DNA of 64,000 nt, from contig SMSO01000032.1 of the NCBI GenBank assembly GCA_004764695.1, positions 4,558,483-4,622,482 of the forward strand, read 5' to 3'. The position numbers and the translations under genes were made by a program. Of the stretch, positions 12,188 to 24,809 are shown in pieces. Positions within the stretch are counted from its first letter, which is position 1. The number at the start of each line of letters is the position of its first letter. Below the pieces are notes generated by a model that had not been told where the DNA came from, did no database searches, and worked only from the letters and a program-made list of their open reading frames with translations. The stretch is from Schizochytrium sp. TIO01. Taxonomy: Eukaryota > Protista > Bigyra: Labyrinthulomycetes.

Positions 12188-14110
12188 TCTGGTTCCCCTG
12201 CGTATGCTCTTTGAGACTGTTTGTACGAGCAATGTTGATTTTTTACCCTACGCAATTGAATTTTTATCTCTAAACTGGCAGTTGCGCCAAGTAGCATCTG
12301 GAGAACCCACTTTTATTCTTTATACAAAACTAATAATAGGTACGACGAATATTTGTCGCTACATAGTAGGGTACGTTCCTACTTAAATTTGCTGCGAGAA
12401 CGATTAACTAAGTAAGTTCGGAGAGAACGAGTTTAGCAGAACTATTCTTGTTTCAATGCTATAGGCGATTCGCCCTTTAAAGACCTTGCAGGGTCCCAAC
12501 GAACAGCTTGAAGCCCAGAAGGAATTTCAAAATGTGATACCTTGTCGCAAGGACACAACAAAGAGAAGCGCTTCAAGATGATAGGGTGTGATATTTGATA
12601 CGAATCTTGGTTGTCACTTCGAAATCCACTTTTGCTCTGGCATGCAGGGACTTGGGCCTTATTTAGACCTGACACAAAATATGTTAGCAGGCTTTTTTCA
12701 GTCTGTTGCGCCAGTTACCAGGCTGCTGCTGCTGCTGCTCGCACTTCTAGAATGCTAAGAAATTGTAGTTAATTACTTCAAGACACTTAGAGATCAACCT
12801 ATGAAATTCGCAAAACTTGCAATTCCTGTAGTGACGAAGTGGGGCTAAGGCCCAGTCGCAGGTTAAAAACTAACTTGCACCTCAAAGACAGTTCTTAAAT
12901 CATATCCTTGGATGGGTAGCGCATACGGATGCCTCTGGCGGCGTGATTATCAAAATTGGCTACGTGTTTGAACTTTTTAAGCGCATGTGTAGACCGCTGA
13001 GGTGTCTGGGTAGGCATGCTGGAAATCAGCAATCTGGCATAAATAATGCTCTTTTTGCTCGGCGGAGCGCACTCTAGCATAAATAATGGGAAGGGCAATT
13101 CTGCATGGTTCGCAACCGTTGGAACAAACCGTAGCCATAGGTGCGCTCAACGACGTCATTTGTGTATATGCGATTGACTACGAGGAAGCACTCGAAGGGC
13201 ACTTGCTGAGACCCCAAACCTCTGTTCGAAGCACTTTGCTGGCTTGTACTGTAGGCTTGCTTCACTCATAGTTTTTGGAGCTTGGTGATTCCTTGGCCAT
13301 TCTGTTTTCTTACCTAACCTCTACTCCTTTTCAAAGACCTAATGATTAAAATATATCCTTTATACGGGACAGTCACTACCATGTGGAGGTATAGCTACAA
13401 AGGTGTACTTGGGTACCCTTTGTCTTGTTTGTTGATATATAGTTCTCGCGTTTTCATAGGTACGGTTTAAAAACTATCTTTAGTTTTACATCTTACACTA
13501 TTGTATGATTATGTTTATTTTGGGCTGCCTGTTGATATGATTTAATTCAGTGGCCACATCAGTAATAGGCTGAGAATTGAATGATACTAATTATTTAGTT
13601 TTTGTTTTTTTAAATAATTATCCTAATTTAAAAATATATAGGCCTACATTGTATAGGCCTATATATAGTGTAGTGTATTATTGTTCAACGGATAACAACG
13701 GTGTGTATTTTCCTTATTCACTTTCCATTCTAGGCGAAAAGACTTTGTAAGGGCTGGAGTATGAAGTGTCTTTGTGTAAATGCAAATTTCTCTACTGTTT
13801 GATGTAAACAGGTAAGCTATCATCACAACGTAGTATGAGAGTAGCAAAGTTGAAATAGATAGCGACGATATTCAGCTTTTCCTCTTTTAAGATATGTTTT
13901 GTGCACTAACGTGAAGTATTACTTGGCAGAGCAAAGACAAAGTATCACTTTACAATTGAATTGCCTTCACCCAAATAGAGACGACTGGACAACTTTGATT
14001 GACAGTCTGACCTTCGGAGACAGGTTGTGATCGCGATTAAACCATCATTCTAGGGAGTAGCGTCTCCATTTTCCAAACGCATAGTCTCTAGGTACTGCTT
14101 GTTTTCTAAA

Positions 14111-16954
14111 ATGTCTGGGGCAGTGCACGAAGAGAGCTCAGCAGAGCTTATCAGCAAGGCAGAGGAGATATATGAACTAAGCAAAAAACTGAACGATGAG
14201 CGTACTCTTCGTGAGAAAGTCGAGGTAGATCTGGTACAAAGCCAAAAGCTCATCAAAGAACTAAAATCTGCACTTGCCTCAGTAACCGTGGTAGCATCCA
14301 CATCAAATAATAGCCCATCAGAAGCTGAAGACGAAGAGTCGTGCAGAAAAGCTGATAGCGATCATCCTTCAAATGTCGATGTTGATGTACGCCTTGATGC
14401 ATCTCAGTTACTGTCTACCTCAAAGGAGGAGCGTTTGCTTGCTGTAGCCGAAAAGAAAATCAAGCATCTTGAGCAGCAGCTTAAACAGAAAGACAAATTA
14501 CTTCGGGGTATGCAAGAAGAAAAGAAACGCCAAGTCAGTCTTGTTGCGCGAGGTGAAGACGAAGCCTCGTTAAGAGCAAGAGACCTGAAGATGAGCAATA
14601 TTAATCTATTTGAACGTCTGGCCGCTGCTAAGAATGCGACAAAAATTGCTGAGGCAATTATTGAAAAGCGAGATAAACAAATTTGTCTACTGACCGAGCA
14701 TGTAGAAAAATTGATGGGAACACTTCGCAATGAGAGTGAATTTAAAAAGGCTGCGGAAAAGAGACAAAGTGAATTGAATTCCGAACTCCGTTCAGCGCAA
14801 AATACCAGTGCTGCTCTTGTCACACGAAATCGCCGTCTTTCAAAACACGCTCGTTCTGTAGATAAGCAAGACAAGATGATGGAAAAGCAGCTACAGGTTA
14901 TTGACGCTAAATATCAAGCTTTGTATCGCACTCACCAACTTAGTAAAGCAAGTGCTGCAAAAGTTGAGGCCTCCTTTGAGAAAAAGATGGAGGAGGTGTC
15001 CGGATGGGTCTGGACTTCAAAGCAGCAGCTTGCCGACCTCACAACTGCTCGTAACAACACTCTTTTAGGTGTTTTTAAACTGTACGAATCTGTTTTCGGA
15101 AAGATGAATGCCGCAGTAATTGACCTGCAGGAAATTGGCCTCGACGATGACGGTGCACGAGCTTTGGCCCGTACAATTGAAGCAACAGTAGGTAGAATGA
15201 ACCAACGGGACGAAGCAAAGCAAGCTGGTCATGCTAAACGTGTGGATTCATGGCAGGCAGGAGATAAAAGTGGACCTTTACCTTTCTGGGGTAAGGCAGA
15301 CCACCGTCCACGTCGATCGTGCGTGCTAAATTTGTCCTATAATTCAATTACAGATAAAGGCTTGAGACCTTTAATGGTTGCGTTGGCAAAGTGTAGGCAT
15401 ATCACTGAGGTTGACCTTCGTGGCAACCGAATATCCAGAAAGTCACTGCCCTACATTGTTCACGCACTGGTTTACAATCTCACCTTAGAGGCTATAGATA
15501 TGTCAGGGAACAAGTTTACCAAGGTAGACCTTGCAGAGTATCTTGCACGTTATACATCAAGCATAAGCCCACATCCGCATGACGAAGGTTCTCGCTCTGG
15601 AAGTACGACTCAGCATCACATTTCAACGAACCATAGCAAAAAGGGAGGCTCTTCATCTGACGTTGCATCACAATCATCTGAAACTTCATCTCTTAGCAGT
15701 TCCGATGAAGACGACGAAGACGATTTTATCCTCAGTGATGATGAGGAGGACGAGTCTATCGCTCAAGAACTACGATCCTATCCTGTTTTATCTACAACAG
15801 ACAAGGCTACGCACAGCCTGTTTCGGTTTTACAATCGTCGACGTCCTCGTAGTGCGCCGGCTCGATCCCAATTGACATCATCTGATACAAAGCCAGATTC
15901 CTGGCTTCCCAAGCACCATGGCCACTCGGAGAACCCCCCCTCACCATTTGAGATGTTAAAGCGTGTGGATGTGATGAAGAATGTGAGCAAAGCAAGACTT
16001 TATCCACCCAAACAATCTCCATTCTCAGCCGCGTCGCGAATCTCCCTTGATTCGATTTCCAGTAAGCTTGTTCGAGGAACGCGACGTGTGCGCCCAAGAC
16101 CGGAGACTGCAATGGTTAGTCGTTTTGGAGGACAAGAGCTTCCTATGATGACATCTCCAACTCAAACGAACAACCTTACGAGTAGTGGCAAATTGAAGTT
16201 CACCAGTGGGTACGTTAAGAAGCGTTTGACCAAGACGAATTTAACACAAGAGAGTAGTCTGCGCATCAGACCTCAGACTGCAACTGCACGACTCCGTACG
16301 CAAATGACTCTTTCCCCTGTTCGTACACCCAAGCCAAGGCACGCTCGTACCCCTACAGCTGCAGAACTGCGACAGAGAACTCAAACATCTAAATATGACC
16401 AGGGTACAGACTATGCCCCAGAAGACATGCAAGTAGCGTTTAAGTATGCACGTAGGGGTGATATTGGCGGTATTTTAAACCTAATGAAACAGTTGGACAA
16501 CTCAATTAGTTTTCATGCAAACATGCGTCAGCTTCAAACTGGTGAGACAGCAATAATGCATGCAGCAAGGACTGGCCAAGCTGATATGATTCGATTGCTT
16601 CTCGAAAAGGGTGGAGATATCAATGCTGTATCGAATGAAGGATGGACAGCCTTACATCATGCCGTGGACGCTAAGCAATCTAACATGATTCAGTTTTTAT
16701 TACAGTATCGAGCAAACCCAAATCTTGGGGCCCATACTACAGCAGGAACACCACTCCACCTTGCTGTACGTCTCAATCGTTTAGAGTGTGTCTGTATACT
16801 TTTGGATGCTACGGGGATAGACATTGCAGCGCAAGATGGGAGGGGACGTACCGCACAGCACCTTGCGGCGCAAAGAAAGCATAATCAGGTCCATCGACTC
16901 TTAACTGAAGCTTTAGCTGCAAAAGAAGCCATGTCTCAAAATGCCTCCCACTAA
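14111..16954 (+). CDS. Coiled-coil + RNI-like leucine-rich repeat + C-terminal ankyrin repeat protein
   Basis: LRR motifs (LNLSYNSITDKG, VDLRGNRIS, IDMSGNKF); ankyrin motifs (GETAIMHAARTG, GWTALHHAV, GTPLHLAV, GRTAQHLAA); long N-terminal coiled coil. Confidence 0.88.
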   Translation: MSGAVHEESSAELISKAEEIYELSKKLNDERTLREKVEVDLVQSQKLIKELKSALASVTVVASTSNNSPSEAEDEESCRKADSDHPSNVDVDVRLDASQLLSTSKEERLLAVAEKKIKHLEQQLKQKDKLLRGMQEEKKRQVSLVARGEDEASLRARDLKMSNINLFERLAAAKNATKIAEAIIEKRDKQICLLTEHVEKLMGTLRNESEFKKAAEKRQSELNSELRSAQNTSAALVTRNRRLSKHARSVDKQDKMMEKQLQVIDAKYQALYRTHQLSKASAAKVEASFEKKMEEVSGWVWTSKQQLADLTTARNNTLLGVFKLYESVFGKMNAAVIDLQEIGLDDDGARALARTIEATVGRMNQRDEAKQAGHAKRVDSWQAGDKSGPLPFWGKADHRPRRSCVLNLSYNSITDKGLRPLMVALAKCRHITEVDLRGNRISRKSLPYIVHALVYNLTLEAIDMSGNKFTKVDLAEYLARYTSSISPHPHDEGSRSGSTTQHHISTNHSKKGGSSSDVASQSSETSSLSSSDEDDEDDFILSDDEEDESIAQELRSYPVLSTTDKATHSLFRFYNRRRPRSAPARSQLTSSDTKPDSWLPKHHGHSENPPSPFEMLKRVDVMKNVSKARLYPPKQSPFSAASRISLDSISSKLVRGTRRVRPRPETAMVSRFGGQELPMMTSPTQTNNLTSSGKLKFTSGYVKKRLTKTNLTQESSLRIRPQTATARLRTQMTLSPVRTPKPRHARTPTAAELRQRTQTSKYDQGTDYAPEDMQVAFKYARRGDIGGILNLMKQLDNSISFHANMRQLQTGETAIMHAARTGQADMIRLLLEKGGDINAVSNEGWTALHHAVDAKQSNMIQFLLQYRANPNLGAHTTAGTPLHLAVRLNRLECVCILLDATGIDIAAQDGRGRTAQHLAAQRKHNQVHRLLTEALAAKEAMSQNASH

Positions 16955-18128
16955 AAATGTTCAAGTTCTCGCCTTGTAAGCCAAATTGTACGAATAAACC
17001 CGTATCTGAAAAAAAAGAAGTAAATATCTTGTTTTTTTACCCAAAGGACTATATTCCTTCTTTAACAAATGTAGCCTCAAAGCGCAGGCATTTCTCTTTT
17101 TATTCTAATTGATATACAATCCCGTTTTTTCATGGCAGAAGGGACCTCGCAGTATACGAGCAAGACTAATTAAGACGAAACTGATCCCAGCTCATTCTCA
17201 TCCATATGTATATGTGTGATTCATATGTTGGCCTGCTCTCCTGAGTACGTCTGGTCGCGGTTGTTTTTGTTTTTTTTAAATAAACCTGATGTTAGAAGAT
17301 GCTTCGATCATCTCAAACTCTTACTTAATACAGAATGGCGGAAGAAGAAGAATTAGTCTCGAGTGCATATTCAAATGCGTACAGAGCGCAAGCCTCGACT
17401 TAACTTCTGACATGCTTGTGAGAGTCGCTACTCCTACTCTACTGAAAGAAATTAGCATACTTAATGTGAGGAAGATAGACCAAGACAAAGCAATAACAGC
17501 ACGATTTTATCAAGATAGTAGTTGCAGCGGGAGTTAGTGTCAACGGTATTAAATGGGCTTCAAAGTTGCTGCGGGGATATGGACTAACGATACTGATAAT
17601 TAGCATGATAATAATAATAATAATCGCCATCATCATCATCAGTAGCAGCAGTAGCAACAACAACAATCCAGCAACTCAAGAACGATTTTGACTCTGGTCA
17701 AAACAATACAAACCATCAAGATTATTACGACTACTGACGAGTCGAGCAGCAATCAGGGACCTTCGGAACTCGTTTGAAGAGATACAGATGAGTTCAAGCA
17801 ATAGAGACACTACCTGAGTATTGCTGAATATTTCGTTTGTGTGTTGGTTAATGGGATATAATCTTTTGAGGCTAGGCCTCGATGTAAAGAAACGTTTCTA
17901 AAGGATAGAGTTGCTTGCGAACGAACACGAGGGCGACGACAAAAGGCCTAGATGTATAGTTGACAGCATAAGTGGTATTTAGCAAGCTAGAAAGCGAGGA
18001 TAACCATTTTTATGCTCTTAGGCCCGCATCCATCATCCCCATGAATCAATGAATTGTTGCTAATTTGTTTATGAGCAAACGCATGAGTGGGGTTGAAGGA
18101 GTTTGGCTTGGGTCATACAAACATGATC

Positions 18129-19913
18129 TTACTCCTCCTTCTCAGCAGCGAGCTCCTCCTCCTTCTGGATGCCCTGCTCGGGCTTCATGGCCGGGAAGAG
18201 GATAACCTCCTTGATGGTGTTCTTGTTGGTCAGGAACATGGCGAGACGGTCGATACCAAGACCCCAGCCAGCGGTGGGAGGAAGGCCAACCTCGAGGGCC
18301 TCAATGAAGCCCTCGTCGATGGGCTGGGCCTCATCGTCTCCAGCTGCCTTATCCTTCATCTGCTCCTCGAAACGAGCACGCTGGTCAACCGGGTCGTTCA
18401 ACTCAGTGTATGCGTTGGCAAGCTCCTTGGTAGCGACAAAGAGCTCGAAGCGCTCAGTGAGGAATTCGTCATCCCGGTGCTTCTTGGCAAGCGGGGACAT
18501 GACAAGCGGGTGGTCAGTGAGGAAGGTGGGGTTAATGCACTGGGCCTCAAGGAACTCGCCAACGAGAGTATCGAACATGCGCGAGGCAGTGCGGGGCGGC
18601 GAGCAGTCGAGCTGGTGCTTCTTGAGAAGGTCGTTCATGAGCTTCATGGACTCCTCTCCAGCAAGATCGTTGGGGAAAGTAACGCCAAGGATTTCCTCAA
18701 GACCAGACTTCATGGAGATGCGCTTGAAGGGCGGGCTGAAGTCGATTGTGAGCGGCTCCTCCGCACCGAGAGGAAGGTACTGAATGACGTAGCTGCCGCA
18801 AATAGCCTTAACCATGCCGGAAAGGAGCTCCTGGGTCATGTCCATGAGGTCATTGTAGTCTGCGTAGGCCTCGTACATCTCACAGGCAGTGAACTCCGGG
18901 TTGTGGGTAGGGTCGATGCCCTCGTTGCGGAAGTTCTTGCCGATCTCGTACACGCGGTCAAGACCTCCAACGACAAGCTTCTTGAGGAAGAGTTCGGGAG
19001 CAACGCGCATGGAAAGCTCTGCATTGAGAGAGTTGTGGTGGGTGAGGAAGGGCTTGGCGGTGGCACCTCCAGCCTGCATGTTGAGCACGGGTGTCTCGAC
19101 TTCAAGGCAGCCACGGGCGTCGAAGAAGCGACGCACGTAGGAAATGATCTGGGCACGCTTGTAAAAGACCTCGCGGGTGGCAGGTGTAAGAATAAGATCA
19201 AGGTGACGCTGGCGGTAGCGAATGTCCTGGTTAGTGAACATCTCCTGGCCCTTCTTCTCCACGGGAAGCATGTGCAGACACGGGGTCAAAAGCTGGAGCT
19301 TGGTCGGGAAGATGGACAGCTCACCCTTCTTACTCTTACCCGGGGTGCCCACGGCTCCCACAATATCTCCGCGGCGCAGAGAGTTGTGTACGGCAAAGAA
19401 GGAATCCTCGCCCTCCGCATAGGTCTGCACCTGAGACATGATCTGCACACGGTGGCCGTCGGCCTGGATCGTGTAAAATACCATCTTGGATCCCTGAGCA
19501 CGCTTGCCGATGATGCGGCCTGCAATTGAAACCTCCTCGTCCTTGTGCTCACCATCACCAATGCTTGAGTACTTCTCGATAAACTCGCCGAGGCGGTGCG
19601 ACACGTGAAACTTGTACGGGTACAGCTTGGTGCCGGACTGCTCGAGCTCAGCCAGAGCGCGCTGCCGGTTTTCCTTGTACTTGCTGGGGTCCACAATGTC
19701 CTCATCAGCAGCAAGACCGCTCTTGGGGCCAGCCTCGGCAGCCTTGGCGGCCTTAGCAGCGGCCTTCTCGGCCTTGGCGCGAGCAGCAGCCTCGGCCTTG
19801 AGGCGCTTCTTGAGGGCGTTCTTGCTCTCCTTCTCCTCGCCCTCTGCAGGGGCAGCAGCAGAGGCGTTCTCCTCGACGGGAGCGGAGGGGGGCTGTGTCT
19901 CAAGCTCTGACAT
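18129..19913 (-). CDS. KARS: Lysyl-tRNA synthetase, class II, cytosolic
   Basis: OB-fold ([13 protein letters not shown]), [24 protein letters not shown], motif 2 [14 protein letters not shown], motif 3 [13 protein letters not shown]; strong GC3 bias. Confidence 0.98.
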   Translation of the reverse strand: MSELETQPPSAPVEENASAAAPAEGEEKESKNALKKRLKAEAAARAKAEKAAAKAAKAAEAGPKSGLAADEDIVDPSKYKENRQRALAELEQSGTKLYPYKFHVSHRLGEFIEKYSSIGDGEHKDEEVSIAGRIIGKRAQGSKMVFYTIQADGHRVQIMSQVQTYAEGEDSFFAVHNSLRRGDIVGAVGTPGKSKKGELSIFPTKLQLLTPCLHMLPVEKKGQEMFTNQDIRYRQRHLDLILTPATREVFYKRAQIISYVRRFFDARGCLEVETPVLNMQAGGATAKPFLTHHNSLNAELSMRVAPELFLKKLVVGGLDRVYEIGKNFRNEGIDPTHNPEFTACEMYEAYADYNDLMDMTQELLSGMVKAICGSYVIQYLPLGAEEPLTIDFSPPFKRISMKSGLEEILGVTFPNDLAGEESMKLMNDLLKKHQLDCSPPRTASRMFDTLVGEFLEAQCINPTFLTDHPLVMSPLAKKHRDDEFLTERFELFVATKELANAYTELNDPVDQRARFEEQMKDKAAGDDEAQPIDEGFIEALEVGLPPTAGWGLGIDRLAMFLTNKNTIKEVILFPAMKPEQGIQKEEELAAEKEE

Positions 19914-20138
19914 GGTGCGGTAAACGGAACAGACAATAAAGCTCTGCTATACGGAGCGACGCAGCAACAAAGCGACGAAGCAACCAACGAAGCAACGAAC
20001 GGCGATCGATCGATTGGTCAATTGATTGACTGAGTAAATGAGCTTTTTAAAGTTAAAAAGTACTTTGTCAATAGTTTGTAGTATTTCTTTTTCTCCTTTT
20101 CTATTGAGCAATGAATGCGTGAATGGAAGAATGATTGA

Positions 20139-20160
20139 CAATCAATCAATCAATCAATAC

Positions 20161-20217
<57 letters not shown>

Positions 20218-20218
20218 C

Positions 20219-20249
<31 letters not shown>

Positions 20250-20278
20250 CATCAATCAATCAATCAATCAATCAATAC

Positions 20279-20317
<39 letters not shown>

Positions 20318-20326
20318 CATCAATAC

Positions 20327-20375
<49 letters not shown>

Positions 20376-20381
20376 CATCAA
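20139..20381. repeat. (ATCA)n tetranucleotide microsatellite with interspersed ATAC/AAC variants
   Basis: Direct reading, ~240 bp, starting ~225 bp upstream of the KARS start codon. Confidence 0.97.
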
Positions 20382-20659
20382 ATAGAAATGAAAACTTCCA
20401 CTCACTTTTTAAAATCAAGGCGAAACAACACAAGAAGAAAGGCAGAGAGAACAAGAGAGTAAAAGAGCCTGAGCTGCCTCACATAGAAATCGCCACGATC
20501 AACAGTAGTGCCTACTAGTAGGCAGGACGAGTAGGCAGGTATTACTGCGCGCCTAGGCATAGCAGGTGCCTAGCTACCACTAACATGGTAAGGAAGTAGG
20601 TAAGTAAGCCAATGAGAAAGAGGTAAGAGTTTAAGTTACTAAGTAAGTAAGTCCTGTGT

Positions 20660-20700
20660 AGATAGATAGGTAGGTAGATAGATAGATAGATAGATAGATG
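20660..20700. repeat. (GATA)n/(TAGG)n short microsatellite
   Basis: agatagataggtaggtagatagatagatagatagatagat. Confidence 0.8.
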
Positions 20701-23700
20701 GATACCAATGTTTTGAAGACTCTTGAAGATTTTTGAAGATTTGTTTTCTTTTAACATCATCCACACCCTCAGAGGTGATAAGTTACATCTTTTGGATTGG
20801 GTAAAACCTTGAGGTAGAGCAATCGCTCATTACCGGAACAACCTCCCTCTGACTGGTGAGATTAGTGTGTTGAAGCAACCACAAGCAGCGAAGATAACCA
20901 AGCAATGGCTACAGTTAGGGTATTTTATAGGGCTCAAAATAGGGCTTGCCAAGAAGAAGAGCTTGACAATACTAGGCCAAATACCTCATTCTTGCAGAAG
21001 GGACCGCTCGATTTGCTAATCGGACAGGAGTGAGCAAAGATCACGAAGGTAGAAAGGACCGAAAGCAACAAGGTATGCCAGTTATCAACATACTGACGCA
21101 GATCTATTATCTACCTGAGCCATTCTCAATTTTCTTATCATACGTCGATCCTCATTACTAAAAGGTGTCTGTGCACTTAGCTACTTTCTATGCCATAACT
21201 CTTTGCCTATAGAGCAGGGTATTATAGTTTCTACTAATCATTAGATAGGCCTCATTGCAAGTAGAGCACCGCTAGCATAATCCTAGAGTATCTATTTGCA
21301 AAACATCTCCAATTGTTATTAGCAATTATTACCTATCTTTACCCTCTATTTTTTATCCTTCTTCTTTCTTCTCTTCTTTTAAAAGATTTAAGACAACTTT
21401 TAAACTTTATGTCATATGATACTCTCTCTAGTCTAGTAATATAAACAGTAATGGTGCTCAAGTTATCTAACTATACTTTTTAAGAAAGAAGAAAGAAAAA
21501 GTCTGAGGACACGCCTCGAGGGACAACTTGAAGTAAGAATTAAATATAATTTGGGTGAGCAAGCGAGCCTGGCTGTGTATATAAGTAAGATGTATCGTAT
21601 TTAAGCATTGCCTGCAACTTAATGCAAGCAGCAGTGCGCAATAAATATTGCTAAGTGGCGGCTTGTTCTGTGATTGTTCTGGCTACGCCAGTTCTAAAGT
21701 TCTTAATTTAAAAACTAGTAAGGAAATCATTAAAATATCTTGATAACCTCAGTACATTATGTAACTCAAAGAGGAGCGTGCCTGGAATGTTACATCAATG
21801 CTCTTTCAATGGCTCCCTAAGGCGGCTGTTGTCTAAGTCAAGGTGTGCAAAGCGTGTTGCAGGAGCTTTCTTAGATGTAAGGACCCGGAATGAAAATTTA
21901 AGCAAAAGAGCGGTATTCAATGTGAATCCATGGTTTCATCGCCTTGAAGCAGCCAATTTCTTTCGCTAACTTGCAATAAAGACGAAAACGTGCAAATGAC
22001 TCATTCTGTACTACGATCTTTAACGTCACCCAATGAAAATTATAGGTATTCTTCTTCTTTTCTTATCTGCATCAATAAAATACTCTTGGCCTTGGACCAT
22101 CTAATTTGTCTATCTGCTAATATAAATTGCAGGTAAGTAGGTCGATAGAACTATATTGAAAACAAGTACATTTCACCATACAAGTCGAATCGCAATGCTT
22201 TTAAAGCTAGACAAAAGCTCAAGGAAAAGAAATGTTTACATCTCTGCATTTTATTATCCTTCTTCCTGTTAACGGTTTGTCTTGTCTTGTCTTTATAAAC
22301 AAGACTAATTGTTGGCCTGGTCTTTACAAAAGCCAAAGCAAAAATACATTTCCCGCCTTTGCGTAATATTATTTTTAAAGTGGTAGTCGGTTCAGAGCGT
22401 CCGCTTGTGAAATGATGGTTTAGCATAGAGGCTACCACTAATCACCCCTCTACTCAAGGGAAACCCAAACTGCATGGTAGATAAACCTAGAGAGCATGCT
22501 ATGAATGACTTTTGGGAACGTTTGAGGTGAGTATCCGTGGCATTTGAATATGCTTGTATCTAAGCTCTATAAGAAAGAATGTCTGACCACCTTCTTCATG
22601 TAGGTGAAGAAGAAGTAGCCTAGAAGCAATTGCGTGAAGTAATACGAGTACTAAATTAGAGTCCACACATTTCCCACAAGAGTAAAAAGCACCTAAGTTG
22701 GGACGAGTTTGTGCAGTCCAGGAACGGCGAAGAAGATAGAATCGACACAAAACTATATTGATACTTTGAATGCACTTATGTGATTTGAAGAGTTTATGCG
22801 TCTGATAGGTGGCGACCATGAGGGCCTTTGAAAAAACACTGAATTTTGTAAACGAGACAATATCGAAATTTGCTGTCCATAAATAGTTATAGCTTCGGTA
22901 CGGATGCAAATAGGTTGAAAAACACATATTGCGATCGCGCTTGTGTTTAGGCTCCACAAATCGAGCCCAAGCCTGGTCGATGAAGGATCAAATATTATTT
23001 TAGATCGCAGGGATCTGTTTAGAGAACATTGTCGACTCTCTTGAAAAGTTGAAGGCGATCACAAATTGGTTTGATCACCTTATTTGCCGATACAAAGAGG
23101 GCGTTCAACAATTGGAAACAAAACTATGTTTGGAGCTATTTCTGGATTCGATTTACCAATGCAACAGGTGAACGCAATGCAACAGAAGAATACTGCGATT
23201 TGATGTACATGTATGCCCTAACTTCAAGGTGTTTGTGCGATAGACGATGTATATTTACACATATCTTGGTGCTGATGTTGTTGCATATCCTGATACAAAG
23301 TTGATTGTTAACACAAAAGCCGGGATGCTTGTTGAGAAATTGACAATAGCACCAGATGCTGCTTACACGTTTACACAGATCAAACGACGTGCATTTCTAC
23401 AGAACACCGCTGCGATATGGAGGAAAAAGGATTCCTCAAAGTTCCCCGGGGCTTTCCTCAATTTCGAATTTTCGAATTTTTGTTTTCTTGCCTACTTGTC
23501 TTCGTACGTGCATTTTCTTGCTTACCTTCTTCAGTGCTTTGGCTATGCTAGCGCTGCAAGAAATTGAGTTGTCCATCATGACGTTGTTTTCCTGGATGAT
23601 AGTTAGGCCAGCGATTATTAATGATTATAAACACCTTTGGTAAAGACTGACGAACCAATTATATAATTTGATTTGACGCCTCCACTTACGTTCTGCAGCA

Positions 23701-24809
23701 CAAAGCTTCGAAAAGGCGCAAGATCGACACCAAACATCTAGAGTACTTCTATTATATATTAAGATTATAAACTTGCTGTAGCACTTGCTTCACGAATGAA
23801 AGACATACAGCAAGAACAAGTTAGGCACTTTCGTTTCATCGCTATCCATATGGTTTAATTACTTTAGAGATGGATCAGATTTCGAGCAATTTGCAAACTT
23901 CAAAACGCCAAACATATGCGGTCATTGCCCACGACTTGGATTCCATAGCTTTAAATTAGCGTCACTAAGGCTTTTATGATAGAATTTGCGGTGCTTTCAT
24001 CTCCATATTTGTTCTCCTGTTTATTCGTCCTTTTCTGCTGTGTTTGCAAGTGGATGACTAGCCAAAGTCAAACTTAACCTAGGGTACCTAGGGTACCTAG
24101 CACTGCCTTATGCTGTACGTATTGCTACCTCAGCAAAATCAACTCTAAGTTACACGGTAGGCGTTACTACGTAGGTATTGCACCGTCCTCTCAGAGGAAC
24201 TACAGTCTTTTATAAAACATGGGTGAAAGCTCAAGCCACAATAATCACTCGGCCAGGTAAGTAGGTACCTAATAGAGTTGGTAGTAAAACTACTAGTAAA
24301 TCTACAAGAATTCGACCATATCCACGTGTGTAGTAAAGTTACTATTGTTTACTATAGATAATTTTGGTAGCTTGCGAGTTAGGTTGGAGCGATGCAAGAC
24401 AGTCTTGCAGCTTCGTTTGGCAAACACGGATTCGCAACCTTTAGCAAGGGTGCCGCTCGAACTGGTGCTGTGCAACCAGGGTATCGGTTGGTTAATCGTG
24501 CATCTGGACAGAGCTTTGGCACGTAGTTCATGCTTCTTAGTTTCAACTACCTCTCTATCTGAACAACTCGTCACAGCTTTCTTGGCCTTTGATCGAAGCG
24601 ATCAAAACCACTGTCTGCGTGTGAAATTTAGCCCGTATTCAAAGAGCTGTCTGCAATAGCTGAGTAGCTACTTTCTAAAATTGGGAGATTCCTAATATAT
24701 TAGTAGTACTTTGGAGGAGGTTAAAGTTAGCAAAATACTGTTGAGGGCTTTGCAGGCTTCTTGACCACATCCTTTCAATTATAATACAGCTTCCGCGCTT
24801 TACATTATC

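Noticed and set aside
12895-13300. Cluster of short overlapping minus-strand ORFs with a 12-bp direct repeat (CATTATTTATGC)
   Set aside because: Possibly a relic, but no recognisable protein similarity in any frame.
18087-19529. 480-aa antisense ORF opposite KARS
   Set aside because: Explained by strong GC3 codon bias in KARS, which removes stops from the antisense frame. No recognisable domain.
20038-20518. INQS-repeat ORFs
   Set aside because: Translation of the (ATCA)n microsatellite.
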